From Octopus sinensis (lineage: Eukaryota): a stretch of 64,000 nt of DNA. A program made the position numbers and the translations under genes. Positions 1 through 16,951 of this stretch are shown piece after piece; positions within the stretch are counted from its first letter, which is position 1, and each line of letters starts with the position of its first letter. The notes under the pieces are model-generated. The model was given only the letters and a program-made list of their open reading frames with translations. It made no database searches and was not told where the DNA came from. Location: the NCBI RefSeq assembly GCF_006345805.1, contig NC_042999.1, positions 75,330,001-75,394,000 of the forward strand. Reading direction: 5' to 3'.

Positions 1-92
1 ACACTTGCCCAACGTGTCACGCAGTGGCACTGAACCCGAAACCATATGGTTGGTAAGCAAGCTACTTACCACACAGCCACTCCTGCGCCTAT
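1..92 (-). mobile_element. tRNA-headed SINE family A, 5' part (cut by window edge)
   Basis: Reverse complement aggcgcaggagtggctgtgtggtaagtagcttgc..gggttcagtgcc..gggcaagtgt (A/B-box-like, CORE-like). Confidence 0.85.
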
Positions 93-200
93 ATATATAT
101 ATACTCACACAAACACACATTTGTGTGTGTATATTTAATATTTTTACATAAATAATGTATGTATGAGTGTATATATATATATATATATATATGATAGAGA

Positions 201-240
<40 letters not shown>

Positions 241-614
241 AAGAGAAAGTGAAAAAGAGTAGAGAGAAATTTGGCTGCCTAAATGTGTAAAGTTGTTACT
301 GTGAAAGCACCAGACGAACCCACATATGACTTTGACCTTTACCTACTATATCACCAAACTCTAACTCAGGAAGTTTCCTTATTGTATTATAAAGGCTGCA
401 TCAGTTAGAGAAGGTTCGGTAAAGCACGTAAGGTACATAACTATTTCGAAGTGTTCTCATAGAAAATCGCACTGTAATCTACACTTTGATAAGGCAGGTT
501 CGTGTCAACATGTGTGCGTCGGTACTTTGACCACAAGAACACACATACGGAGCCACACATATATACATATACACCTTAGCACATAGGTACGCACACATGC
601 GCGCACGCACACAT

Positions 615-653
<39 letters not shown>

Positions 654-849
654 CACACACACACACACAAACACGCACAATTACACACACATACACAAAG
701 ATGCACACATCACCCACACATTTGCCTCATTTACATGCATACCACATACATACACATATGCGTCTCACGTGCGCGCACACAGACACATACATACATACAT
801 AACGGATACATATATACTCGCAAGCTTACATCCATATATGTATAAATGC

Positions 850-882
850 TTACATGCGTACATACATACATACATACATACA

Positions 883-914
<32 letters not shown>

Positions 915-1205
915 CACTCGCAAACATACATGCAAATATGTATAATACTTGCATGCATGCATACATACATACATACATACATACATACATAAATACATAC
1001 ATACATACATATATAACGCATATACTCGCAAGCGTGTATGTAATTATGCATGCATATACAAAATACATACATACATACATACATACATACATACATTCAT
1101 ACATACATACATACATACATACATACATACATACATACATACATACATACAAACATACATACATACATACATACATACATACATACATACATACATACAT
1201 ACATA
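850..1205. repeat. (TACA)n microsatellite (representative; similar at 31550-31745, 34915-35025, 53185-53260)
   Basis: Directly visible; source of HTYI/MYVC ORFs. Confidence 0.95.
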
Positions 1206-1679
1206 AATATATATATATATACAGTCACGGGAAACACATCATACACGTATCTATCATAGATCGACGGAGAGATAAATCTATTGGTAATTAATAAACAGAC
1301 AGCTACATGGAGAGATTAGATAGGTAGATACACATGAGCGAGTGTTCGTGCACACACACACGCCCACACAGAAAGAGAGAGGCGGGAAGAGAGCAGAGAG
1401 ACGGATAAATAGATAGAAAGATATAATCATAGTCAGGTAGATAGACATACGAATGATTGAAAGAGAAGGCTATAGGTCGGTGAGCTACTTTCGCACTAAT
1501 TCCTTTATTTTAATTATTAACAAACATCTTCTGTATATCATCACTACCACTGCGGTCTTGTACCAAGCGCTTCGACACACGTCTCACCCAAAATACGATG
1601 ACGACGACGGCGGCGTCGAAGTCGACCACCACCGCCGCTACCTCGAAATTTCCTCTCCCCCAACATCATGAACATTTAG

Positions 1680-1940
1680 CTTTGGTTTTCAAATTTTAGC
1701 ACAAGGCCAGGGTAAGGCCATTCCATCGACTCCAGTACTCAACTGGTACTTATTTGATCGACTCCCGAAGGATGAAATTCAACGACCATGTATTATTCTT
1801 TTCTACTCGAGGCACAAGACACGAAATGCTTGGGAAGGCGACCTCAGTATGCAACTGGTACTTAATTTACCGTCCCCGAAAGGATAAAAGGCAAAGTCGA
1901 CCTCGGTGGAATTGAACTCAGAAATCACGGGACGTAAACA
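1680..1940 (-). mobile_element. SINE family B fragments
   Basis: ccccgaaaggataaaaggcaaagtcgacctcgg..gaactcagaa. Confidence 0.8.
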
Positions 1941-1989
1941 TACCATCACCAGTTGACCATCGGTAATGGGGACAAACACAGATACAAAG

Positions 1990-2051
<62 letters not shown>

Positions 2052-2351
2052 CAATTCTATTATAATTGTGTCGGTACTTTGAGCACAGATAGATACGGAG
2101 CAACACATATACACACATGCACCTAAGCGCATAGGAATCCATAAACACATAAAACATCCAAGGCTATACTTTTTACCCTCTGAAGATATTATGCTCAAGT
2201 AAAAATAAATATAAATTCAATATTTACTCAAATTTTACTTAGTATTCATCGAAACAGCTGTAAGTGAAGATGATTAGTTTGCTTCTAATAATAAACAATT
2301 ATTAACTTCCCAATCTCCATTTTCTTTTCCTTCTTTCATATATATATATAT

Positions 2352-2478
2352 AATCAGCCGAAATTACTACGATGATCCGGTTCTTGGCTGAAGACTGAGG
2401 GCTTCGAATGTCCTGTCTGTGTTTGTTGTATCGTCTTCTAAGTTCTTATGCGTTCTTGTCTCAGTTTGTATTTTTCTA
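2352..2478 (+). mobile_element. Family P2 fragment
   Basis: cagccgaaattactacgatgatccggttcttggctgaagactgagggcttcg matches 48150-48205. Confidence 0.5.
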
Positions 2479-2484
2479 CATATC

Positions 2485-2553
<69 letters not shown>

Positions 2554-2569
2554 TCCTTTATATATATAT

Positions 2570-2738
2570 CTCCGACGGGCTTCTTTCAGTTTCCGTCTAC
2601 CAAATCTACGCACAAGGCCTTGGTCGGCCCGAAGCTAAAGAAGAAGACACTTGCCTAAGGTGTCGAGCAGTGGGACTGAACCCAGAAACATGTGGATGGG
2701 AAGCAAACTTTTTACCCCAACAGCCACGCCTGCACCTA
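2570..2738 (-). mobile_element. SINE family A, 5' half
   Basis: Matches other copies (ggcaagtgtcttct..gggccgaccaa..ggtagacggaaactgaaagaagcccgtc). Confidence 0.85.
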
Positions 2739-2739
2739 T

Positions 2740-3110
2740 TTCGGTATTTCGTCCGTCTTTACATTCTGAGTTCAAATTCTGCCGAGGTCGACTTTGCCTA
2801 TTTTCATCCTGATGGGTCGACAGAATAAATATCAGTCGAGTACTGGGGTTGATGCAATCGACTTGCCCTCTTCCTCGGAATTGCTAGCCATGTGCCAAAA
2901 TTTGAAACAAATATTAATGTCCCGACAAAGCGACGAACTGGCAGAATTTGTTAAAGCCAATAAAAAAAAATGCTAAGTTGTATTTCTTCTGGTTACGTTG
3001 AGAGTTCAAATTTCGACTTTGCCTTTCATCTTTTGGTGTCGATAAAATAAGTACAAGAGTACCAGCCGAGCACTGGGGTCGAAGTAATTAACATTTCAGG
3101 CCTTGTGTCT
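2740..3110 (+). mobile_element. Two tandem SINE family B fragments
   Basis: Both contain gagttcaaat..gactttgcct.tt.catc..gtcga. Confidence 0.8.
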
Positions 3111-3239
3111 ATCACCACAACAGCCCCACGACATCATCACTGATAATACGAATACCATCGTTACCAGTACCTAAAATAAGAACATCACCATCATAGCCTC
3201 TGCAACACCGCATATGCAACTACAGAGCAATCCCAATCC

Positions 3240-3600
3240 TCCACGACCACCACCACTACTTCTCACTAACACCATTACCTCCCCAAATCGTAGTGAATGA
3301 CACCCTCACTACCACCGCTGCTACCGCCACAACTGCCACCATCACCACCACCACCACCACCACACCCACCACCACCACACCCACCACCACCACACCCACC
3401 ACCACCACACCCACCACCACCACCACCAACAACAACAACAATGCTATCACTTCCGCAACGCCATTACTAACTACTGCCACTACTCCCATCACTACTTCCA
3501 TCACCACCATTGCTACCGGTACTGCTACCCGCCACCACCACCATCGCCATCATCACCTCTGCCGCCACTAACTTCACCCCGCCTACTGTTATCACCACTA
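3240..3600. repeat. ACC-rich low-complexity tract with 15-bp unit cacacccaccaccac x4 (similar tracts at 16060-16215, 45860-46060, 53940-54190)
   Basis: Directly visible. Confidence 0.85.
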
Positions 3601-3683
3601 TGAAAAATCTTGATCTTTTAAGATGAAGCGTCTTTATTACCAACCAGCAGTGTCAGTGTCAGATTTAGGGGAGGTGTGTATTA

Positions 3684-3743
<60 letters not shown>

Positions 3744-4323
3744 GTTAGTAGTAGTAGTAGTAGTAGTGGTAGTAGCAGTAATAGTAGTTTATGGCGGTGG
3801 TGCTAGTGGTGATGGCAGTGGTAATGGTGATGGTGGTGATGATGGTAATATGTTAGTGGTTAAGGCGGTGATGGAGATTTGAATGGTGTTGTGGTAAGGT
3901 GTGTGGATGGATGGAGAGGTGACAGTAGGAGAGAGAGAGAGGGGGACAGAGGGGGAATAGATAAAGGAAGCGGGAAGTGTACGGTATAGTGTGGAGGTGA
4001 GTGAATACGGGTGGGCTTTTATCACAAGTGTCACTTGACGCACACTCACATCTGCCTCACTTCACACTTACATACATGTATACATACATACATACATACA
4101 TACATACATACATACATACATGCATACATACATAATAGTAACCACTCATAATCGATCGTCATCATTTAAACTTAAACCATTCACGGTGAAACTGCGGCCC
4201 GCCTGGCTTTCTGAATGGTATGCCAACGAAAAATTACCTTGAGTTCTTTTTATTTTGTTGTGCCATCCGCCTGATGATGAGTCATGTATCATGCGACCCG
4301 AATCTCGAAAAAGTTTGCCCATA

Positions 4324-4701
4324 CAAGGCGCGGGCAAGGCTGTGTGGTAAGAAACTTGCTTCCCAACATGATTCAGGATTCATCCCATTGCGTGGCACTT
4401 TGGGCAAGTGTCTTCTTCCATAGCCTCGGGCCGACCAAATACATATGTGTGTGTGTGTGTGTGTGTGTGTATACATATGTACGTATATATCTGTGTGTGT
4501 TTGTCCGCCCGCCATCACTTGACAACCGATGCTGGTGTATTTATGTTCCCGTAACTTAGCGGTTCGGCAAAAGTTTCCGATAGAAGTACTCGACTTACAA
4601 AGAATAAGTCCTGGGGTCGATGTTTCCGACTAAAACATTTAAGGCAGTGCTCCAGCATGGCCGCAGTCAAATGACTGAAACAAGTGAAAGAATAAAAGAA
4701 T
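4324..4701 (+). mobile_element. SINE family A, near full length with internal (TG)n
   Basis: Head ggctgtgtggtaag, ctttgggcaagtgtc; tail gtaacttagcggttcggcaaaa..gtgctccagcatggccgcagtcaaatgactgaaacaag. Confidence 0.9.
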
Positions 4702-4879
4702 ACCTGATTTGAGCCCTCTGCATTCAAGCACCCTAGCTTCACTCACTATCACCGAGTAGCCCCTATGCAGTCGCTAAAAACAGCACCCTAATCTTCCTAA
4801 AATTTTAAAGCTTCTTTTGAAGGGTTACATTGGATAATATAATCCCAGGTACCTGGGTATTATTGAAAATGATAAGATA

Positions 4880-6045
4880 AATAAGGTCAAGTCTCTTGAT
4901 GAGGGAAGAGGTCTCTAGAAACTTGTACTAAAGTCTAAGGCAAACGGGTGCTATAAGATCATAGCGATTAACACTTGGGCAGTCTCTTTGATGAGGTATG
5001 GGGCAGCAGAAATATTTTGGAAGAAGGATGATATTGATCGGGGAACAGGTAAACTAATGACAATGGAATAAGTAGCTAAACCTTAAGAGTGATGTGCCAA
5101 AATTTTATGAAAAAGAGAAAAAAAGGTGGAAGAAGATTGGTGAGTTGAGAGAAATGTGTAACAGAAGAAGAAAACAGTCTTAAAAGTGAATGATGAAGTA
5201 GACCGAAAACAATTTCAAAAAGCCAGAAGAAATGAAAGAAAAAAGCTTGGCATCACAAAAAATTGCACAGATGAAATTGACTAGAATAAGACATGGTAAT
5301 GACTGCAGAACGGCGACTTAAAAAGTTGCTCAGGGGAATTAGTTTGCAGTGCTTAAGAACAGGCTCTCAGAATCAATTACACCAAGTACCATGTTGATAA
5401 GAGCACTGACTCACCACTATGTATTAGTAGAATGTGCTCTAAAAAAGGAGAGCGCATAAGCCACGTTGTCAGTGAGTGCAGTAAGCTTGCACAATATAAA
5501 AGGAGACATGACAACGTGCCCAGGTATGTGCACTGGCAGGTGTGTGATAAAGCAAATATTGAGAAAACTGAGCGATGGTATGAGCACAAACCAGAGTGGG
5601 TGCTGGAAAATGAACAATATAGAAACCTATGGTATATTAATATACAATGTAACCAGGTTACAGGGTCGATAAAGATTAGTAAAAGGTTATGATCATGAAT
5701 GCTACGATACTAGGCGACTTGAAGGTGAAAAGATGGAGAAATACCAGCAACCGAGACGAGATAGAAAGGCTTCGGGATATGAGGAAAGCGATTGTGATAC
5801 CGGTGGCAACTGGAGCGTTATGAGCGGTCTTTAATAGGTCTGAGAAGCACATCGAGAATATTTGAGTTACTCTCAGGCTTAAAGTGGTCCAGAAAACAGA
5901 TTTGTTGTGTATAGCTCCAATCCTAAGGAGTCATGTCTCTTTGAGACATAGAGGAATGCCTTAATTCAAACCGTTAGTAATTTATTACCAAATTTCAAGT
6001 AAAAGAAAAACCAGGAATTAAGATTTATCCGAGTGTCAGAGTAAG
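4880..6045 (+). mobile_element. R4/Dong-like RLE non-LTR retrotransposon, degenerate 3' fragment
   Basis: AINTWAVSLMRYG; zinc-knuckle region CSKKGERISHVVSECSKLAQYKRRHDNV..VHW..C...WYEHKPE; EKMEKYQ; 3' UTR ends in (AAT)n. Confidence 0.8.
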
Positions 6046-6158
<113 letters not shown>

Positions 6159-6161
6159 AAT

Positions 6162-6965
6162 AACTACCAGGCCAACATATTAAAGAACGACAGCTCCCCA
6201 ATATGTCGTGTATGTCAACAACAAAATAAGACCATTGATCATGTTGTCTCCATGTGCAATTTTTTTTTTGCGCCTACAGTGTATCTCAGCAGACTTGATA
6301 GAACTGCACAATATATTCACTGGGTAATTTTCAAAAACCTGGACTTGCCTCATGATAAAAACTGGTGGGAACACAAACCACCCCCAATACTTGAAAATGA
6401 TCACATCTCACTACTCTTGAACTTCACCATTTAAACTGACAGAAAGATAGATACGAATAGGCCTGACATCATATCGAAAGACTTCAGACAAAAATCCTGT
6501 CTCCTCATTGATATGGCTGTCCCAATCGATATAAACGTATCCGTCACGACCTACCAAAAACTGAGCAGGTATAAAGATCTTGAAATAGAAATCAGCAAAA
6601 TGTGGAAGTTGAAGACTAAAACAATACCTGTTGTCATAGGTTCCAAGGAATGATAGCAAAAGGGGCTGACTGCTACCTAGCTCAGATACCAGGAAACACC
6701 AAAATGGCAGAAATTCAAAAGATAGTGCTCCTGGGAACTGCCCATATCCTACGTAAAATATTGTCGATGTAATCTCAAATTTTAAAATAAACATAATTTT
6801 CTTATGGTTTCTTAAGCATTCTCTAGAACAACACTATGTACAAAACCAAATATATGGCACCCTAGGCATAACACCAGCATGAACATCTAACTTGTTGTCT
6901 CTTGAGGTCTCTGGGTGAGACTCGGAGTCAACTTGTACAAATGCAAGGCAAAAGTCAAACATAAA
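6162..6965 (+). mobile_element. R4/Dong-like RLE non-LTR retrotransposon, 3' end (CCHC, PD-(D/E)xK endonuclease, 3' UTR)
   Basis: NYQANILKN..CRVC..TIDHVVSMC (6204-6257), NRPDII, LIDMAVP, KLSRYKDLEIEISKMW, IPVVIG, LLGTAHILRKILSM stop at 6770-6772. (TAA)n arrays on both sides. Confidence 0.9.
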
Positions 6966-6989
6966 ATAATAATAATAATAATAATAATA

Positions 6990-7042
<53 letters not shown>

Positions 7043-7060
7043 TTTATAAAAATAAAACTA

Positions 7061-7103
<43 letters not shown>

Positions 7104-7190
7104 TTTATAAAAATAAAACTACTGAATAATAATAATAATAATAATAATGATAATAATAATAATAACAACAACAACAACAACAATAATAAT

Positions 7191-7750
7191 AGTGCCCTGA
7201 TGCAGTACCAGGCAGTGGCTCTTGTGGCTTCTGATCTTAACTGATTGGAAGTGTTATGTACATTGTTTTTTCTTGGTATAAAAAGATGGGCTACAGCAAA
7301 TATTCTGCACAATACCACAGATTTGCTTGTCAGTTGTTTGACCTTAACCAGTTGAGCATGTCCCTTAGTGGTTGACGATATGTGCATCTCTGATCACGAG
7401 CAGAAGTAGTGGGGGAGCATCATAGCCATGTGTTGAGTAGGATTCTTTGGGGTTTGAATAATTCACCTCTGGAAACATGGGGGATTCGTTCAACATCCTT
7501 AAACAACCCTTATTCAGGGACCTTTTGAGCGGGATGGGCTACTCGACCAGAAGAAAATTCTAACTGGGCCATATCTGCAAGGTCATGTGCTGTTTATCAT
7601 GATATGAGATCACCATGTCGCACACATATGGTTGTGATGCATGTTCGTAGTGTACCCTTATCGGACGAGTAGTCATGATGGGTATACTGGGCTTCTTATA
7701 TTTTACCCCAGTGTCACTTTGATGGCATGCACTGCTCTCTCACTCACTCA
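7191..7750 (+). mobile_element. Unclassified ~550-bp dispersed element between (AAT)n and (TAC)n/(TAA)n
   Basis: Homologous copy at 37166-37640 (aaatattctgc..caataccacagatttgc..gtcactttga.ggcatgcactgc). No ORF recognised. Confidence 0.7.
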
Positions 7751-7777
7751 ATACTACTACTACTACTACTACTACTG

Positions 7778-7828
<51 letters not shown>

Positions 7829-7846
7829 ATAATAATAATAATAATG

Positions 7847-7893
<47 letters not shown>

Positions 7894-7895
7894 TA

Positions 7896-7930
<35 letters not shown>

Positions 7931-7935
7931 TTACT

Positions 7936-7979
<44 letters not shown>

Positions 7980-7995
7980 ATAATAATAATAATAA
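7750..7995. repeat. Compound (TAC)n/(TAA)n microsatellite
   Basis: Directly visible. Confidence 0.95.
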
Positions 7996-8210
7996 GGTAT
8001 TAGAGGGGCAATGCATAGCCTGCGCGCAGATAAATTTTTTCGCAAATTATAGTGTGGCTTACAATTCGTTCTTACCCATGCTTTTTAAATGAACTGATTT
8101 AATTCTGCTTTTTTCTTGGTATTTTTTAAGTATCACCATCATAGGTATTTATACATCGGTGAAATTAAGAAGTCAACTCGTAAACAAACGAAACCCTCGA
8201 ATCCATCAGT

Positions 8211-8273
<63 letters not shown>

Positions 8274-8584
8274 GTTGCATATGTATTATGTATGTATGTA
8301 AATACACTCACATGTCTATGTGCATAGGTACACCATGATCTATACACACATAGACGAGGGTCGATTCACATGAAAAAGAAAGTGAACAAAATAATATGAC
8401 CACTTGCTTATCGAGAAATTTGTAAGTTCGGATTTTTTAAAAGGTAATCGAACCAAATGTTCATCGTTTCGTGCCACTCACCAAACGAGTATTTCTGCCA
8501 AATGTGATGGAAATCTGTCCAGCCATTTTCCAGTAATTTTGCAAGAGTGATTACAACACCCTACTTTCCCTTACGCGCGCAAGC

Positions 8585-8654
<70 letters not shown>

Positions 8655-8655
<1 letters not shown>

Positions 8656-10991
8656 TTGATTTTATTTATTGGCCACCAGGGCGAAGGATGAGGGGGCAAA
8701 ACAAAGCAGACATAAAGTGTGGGGGTTTACATAAACGAAATGACAAAAATACATAAACAATAAGAGTAAGTATGCACGGTATACAATGAAAAGGAAGAGA
8801 AATATACATAGAATACAAAGGTTAAAAAAGTGGATGAAGACAGAGATGTAGTCCTCCTGCTACAAAATAACCTATGGGGATAATCGAGAAACTGTCCAAG
8901 ATCTTCAATTCCCTTTCTCTGACTCACAGATCTTCACTTTGCCATTTTCGCAACTTTCACCAATCTTTCAATAAATTCATTCGCAGACAGCACTTCTCTC
9001 TTCACTCTAAATTTTCTTTTCAAGTGGAACTTGAAGTAGTCAATGAGACCTCTACGAAGGAGGGATGTATCTGTCCTCATGCCTTTCAGCCTCGTCCACC
9101 AGACAACCTCTTTCGCCACAGCCACCAGGCAAAGGAAAACTGCTTTGCCGGCCCGATTGAAGGAGGGCAGCGGTGCGATCATCACTACAGACTCGGCCGA
9201 CAGACAGATCCGTCCCACACATAACAGTAGCTGTTCAACATAACCCCATAAGTCAGCAATTCCCTGACACTGAATGAGGGTGTGCAGAACGGTTTCGTTA
9301 CGCTGCGCGCACCTGAGACAAGTCCGACTGACAGCACATCCGTGCTTGTAGAATTTATCTCGAACCGGTAGCGCCCCACTCCCGGTAGCACTGCCAGGCC
9401 AAGGACATCTGGAAATTATCCATGGTAGTTCCCGACTGGAAAGTCCTCCGGATCAGACTGGCCAGTTCGTTTTAGTCGACGCTTAGAGTTTCCTCGAGAG
9501 CGTCATTACACTTCCCCACCACTAATTCACCATAAATTGCTAAAAGCAGAACATCCACCGATCCCATTGCCCGGCTGGTAGAGGGCTGTGAGTGCCTGAC
9601 GACATTCTCGGTACCAGGCGCCCAGTCTCGGTCTTTTCTTCACTCAGGATTGCAGCTCCGTCAAGGAAACGAGCTGCGGAAAGACGTGCCTCGCAAACGG
9701 CGCCCACACATGCTCACCGTCCAGACCTAGTTGGAGTTGGCGCAACCTAAGAGGATGTCTGCGTATTAGAAGCCACAGCATACCTATCCGCCATTCAGAG
9801 GGTGCTGGCAGCAAACTGACCGTCTGATCATTGGAACGCGTCCCTTCCACAAGAAATTAGATAACAGACGCTTCAACCTGGTCAAGCAGTAACCGGGGCC
9901 AGGCACGACGGCCAGGCAATAAATGATAACGGAGGCGATGTAGTCATTCGCCACCTCTGCGCGACCTTTCAGGACAACTTCCTCTCAGCCCATTTCTGGG
10001 TAAGACTGGCCAACCTGTTCGTCACTTCCCCCCAGTTCTTACCTATCTGAAGATCCGGACCGAACGAGACACATGGCAGTTTAACTGGTCCGATGGCATC
10101 GACCTACCTCTCCAGGAGCCCAAACACAAATCCACCGATTTGTCGGCGGTGATTTTAGCCTCTGCAGCCGACGCATATTCCTCTAGAATGGTGCCGACCG
10201 TCTCCACTTCAGAGGCGTCCGACACCATGACTGTGACGTCGTGTGCGTATGCCGACACAGCCCTTCTGTGCCCCACTTCGAAAGAGATGCCCCTTAATTT
10301 TTCCAACTTCGGCAGCAGTCGTGGCTCGAACACCAATACGTACAGAAGCGGCGACAGCAGACAGCCCTAACGTACCGAGCGTACGATGCTAAACGTTTCT
10401 AATAGGTGGCCGTTTGCTTTGACTACCAAGTAGGTGCCGCTGTGCATTGCAGCGATCCAGCCTCTGAAAACGGGTCCAAAACTGTCTGGCTTCCAAGCAG
10501 TAGTAATAGTCGAGGCCTGTTCGAGATTGTGCACGTTTGCGCTTCGCCGACCAGGCTACCGACGACAAGGGCCAAACCTTTCGCTAACACCTTAGTGACT
10601 GTTATCGGCTTTTCACATAACCTCGCCTCGGCTGCTGAGATCCACAGCGGGCCGTCCAGGTTCAAACTAAAGTCCACTAGCGTCGTCGAACCATTGTCCT
10701 CCACAAGTAGTCGCGCGAAGTGCTGCTGGAAAGCCGCACACATCTGCTCGGAGCCGAGTAGTACGCGCCCGTCCCGATCCGGCAAAGACCAGATCGTGGA
10801 TTTGTTTCCACGTCAAGTCTCCACTGTTTGGGCCCGTCGGATAGCTTTCGTTCCTTCGTGTTTGAGGGCACGGACCTTAACTCTGACAACGCAGTCTTCG
10901 TGTTTCGCTTGGAAGGGCCATTTTTCGCCGCTAACAAATCAATCGCGATGTCCTTACTAATCATCTCTTCTAATTTGCTAATTCACCCTCT

Positions 10992-10992
<1 letters not shown>
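8655..10992 (-). mobile_element. L1/Tx1-type non-LTR retrotransposon, 5'-truncated, degenerate ORF2
   Basis: Minus-strand pieces align by eye to the plus copy: LEGEL...AKHEDCVVR, KVLAK..AQTC, FGPVFRGWIAA, SAYAHDVTV (YADD to YAHD at 10238-10249), and C-terminal CLVAVAKEVVWWTRLKG. Two internal deletions. 3' end gccctggtggccAATAAA followed by (ATT)n. Confidence 0.9.
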
Positions 10993-14330
<3,338 letters not shown>

Positions 14331-14356
14331 TATCTATCTATCTATCTATCTATCTA

Positions 14357-14463
<107 letters not shown>

Positions 14464-14483
14464 TACATACATACATTCATACA

Positions 14484-15184
14484 AAATTTGGGCTGTACCT
14501 CAATATTAAGAAAACGAAGATCTTGTCAACAACAGCCACAACAAACATCAGCATCAAGATCGATAATGAAGAGATCGAAGTGGTTGATCATTTCATCTTC
14601 CTTGGCTCCAAAATAAATCGAGATGGTGACTGCACTCCAGAAATAAGACGGCGGATAGTACTAGGCAGAGAGACAATGGTCAGCATGAGCAGGGTCTGGA
14701 AGAGTAGATACATCAGACTCGCTACAAAATGCAGATTGGTGAATGCAATTGTCTTCCCAATAGCAACATATGGATGCGAGACCTGGACACTAAAGAAAGC
14801 TGACCAGAAGAGAATTAATGCATTCGAGCTTTGGTGTTCGAGAAGACTTTTACGGATTCCATGGACAGCGAGGCTCAACAATGGAGAAGTTCTTAAGCAG
14901 ATCAGGCCGAAAATGTCGTTAGAAGCTAGGATCACCAAGCATAGATTGACATATTTCGGTCATATTATGCGGAGAAAATCCCTGGAGAAAGACATCATGC
15001 TCGGAATGGTCAGTGGCAAGAGAGGAAGAGGCCGACCAAGAATCCGTTGGCTTGACACCATCAAGAGTGATACCGCAATGAACATAGCCAATCTGAAAGA
15101 AGCGGCTCAGGATAGAACTGACTGGAGGACACTGATCCAACGAGTAACTGAGAGTCGACTTCGACTGAGCGGAAAGATAGATAG
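14484..15184 (+). mobile_element. RTE-clade (BovB-like) LINE, 5'-truncated 3' fragment with 11-bp TSD
   Basis: Uninterrupted frame KFGLYLNIKKTKI...FIFLGSKI...YGCETWTLKK..WC.RRLLRIPWT...GKRGRGRPRIRWLD...VTESRLRL. Short (GATA) tail. TSD acattcataca at 14473-14483 and 15185-15195. Confidence 0.92.
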
Positions 15185-15193
15185 ACATTCATA

Positions 15194-15414
15194 CACAAGG
15201 GATTACTGAACAGTTCCTGGCTGTGGATAAAAGAAAATACAGGAGGATCAGCTAATTATGATTTTATTCAATATATTCCCCTCTCAGATTTGCACACTTA
15301 TTGTAGTGGTCCTTCACTGTTGCTAAAACCTGTAGACGAACTCGGAAGGTTGAGCATCGAACCAAGCCTTTCGCGATACCCTTAAAGCTAGGAACTTTTC
15401 AACACTTTCTCGAA
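15194..15414. mobile_element. mariner-type MITE (~220 bp)
   Basis: TIR ctgaa(c/a)agttcctggct ... agctaggaacttttcaacac; second copy at 19083-19300. Confidence 0.7.
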
Positions 15415-16760
15415 TATATATGTTACGACGACGAGGGTTCCAGTTGATCCGATCAACGGAACAGCCTGCTCGTGAAATTATCGTTCAAGTGGCTGAACAC
15501 TCCAGAGACACGTGTGCCCTTAACGTAGTTCTCGGGGAGAGTCAGCGTGACAGAGTGTGTGACAAGGCTGGCCCTTTGAAGTACAGGGAGAAAGAGTGAG
15601 AGAAAGTTGCGGTGAAAGAATACTAATTCTTGAAAAACTGAAGGATTGGCACGTTATATAAGGTATACCTAGATAACATTAAAAAGAATGGTCAACCTCC
15701 TAGACACGGCAGCCAAATATCCCCTAATTTAACCGTTCGCTTATTGAAAAAGGACACATTTGATTATGTACTACTAGATAACCTTTAAAAAACAGGATGG
15801 ACAAGCTCGAGACAGCTGAGACAAGCTCGAGACAGAAGAGAAGGATGCATTAAATGGTGTATTCCTAGGCGACTTTTAAAAGACAGAATTGATTAGCTAG
15901 AGATAGCAACCGAATATCCCTTAAATTAACTCCATCTTGAAAAAGTGAAGGACACATCAGAAAATGTATTCCTAAATAATCATAAAAGGCAGGATGGGCC
16001 TGGCTGGCTGGCCTTTGATCATTGATTTGCTCTAAGAGGGCTGACCTGGGGGATAAACAACAAAATAGCAACACCACAATCATCGCCAACACCACTACAA
16101 CCACCATCACCGCTACCACAAGCACCACCGCCATCGCCACCACTGTCACCATCGTCACCCCTGCCGCCACCACCTCCACCGCCACTACCGCTGCCACCGC
16201 CGCCACCACCACCACATTTCGTCAGCTGTTGACATGACAATTTGTCCCTTATCTAAATTGAGATGTAGACCGGACACCCGGGATCTATGCTTACCTTCTT
16301 TTCTCTATTTTTTTTTTATTTCCCACCCACCCACCCACCCATTAACATCGCAGATCCGGTAGATGTAATGTCAATGTTGACGTTGGCGGTGGTATTATTG
16401 TTGTGTTGAGTGGTGGTTATGATGGTGAGGGGAGGCGAGCAAAGAAAGAAAGAATTGAAGTTAATGGCTAATCCCTTCAATATTTTATCAGCGTTTTATT
16501 GCCCACCCTACTCTTATTCTTTTGCTTCATTGGTAAACATTAGAGAGGTCTGTGGTGGTGACGGCGGTAGTGGTAGAAGTTGTAGAGGTAGTTTCTAATG
16601 GTGATAGTGGTGGTAGAGGAGGGGAAGAGGAGAGTGTGGGGGTAATAGTCACGGCGACGATGGAAGTGTGGAGGTCGAAGTATAACTCCAGCTTGGAGAC
16701 GATAGGTTTTCTTTTACGTTTTTCGCATGCTCAAGTAAAATCTGGGTCAAAACAACAGAT

Positions 16761-16791
<31 letters not shown>

Positions 16792-16800
16792 CATATATGT

Positions 16801-16859
<59 letters not shown>

Positions 16860-16951
16860 GCAAAATTAAATAAGGGTAGAAATTGATATTAATCAATTAA
16901 AACCAGCGGCTTAGTGTATTTAAAAAAATCCGAAGATTAAAAATTGTTACA

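Noticed and set aside
3293-3571. Mucin-like Thr/Pro ORF
   Set aside because: ACC-rich low-complexity tract; similar tracts recur at 16060, 45860 and 53940 without convincing splice signals.
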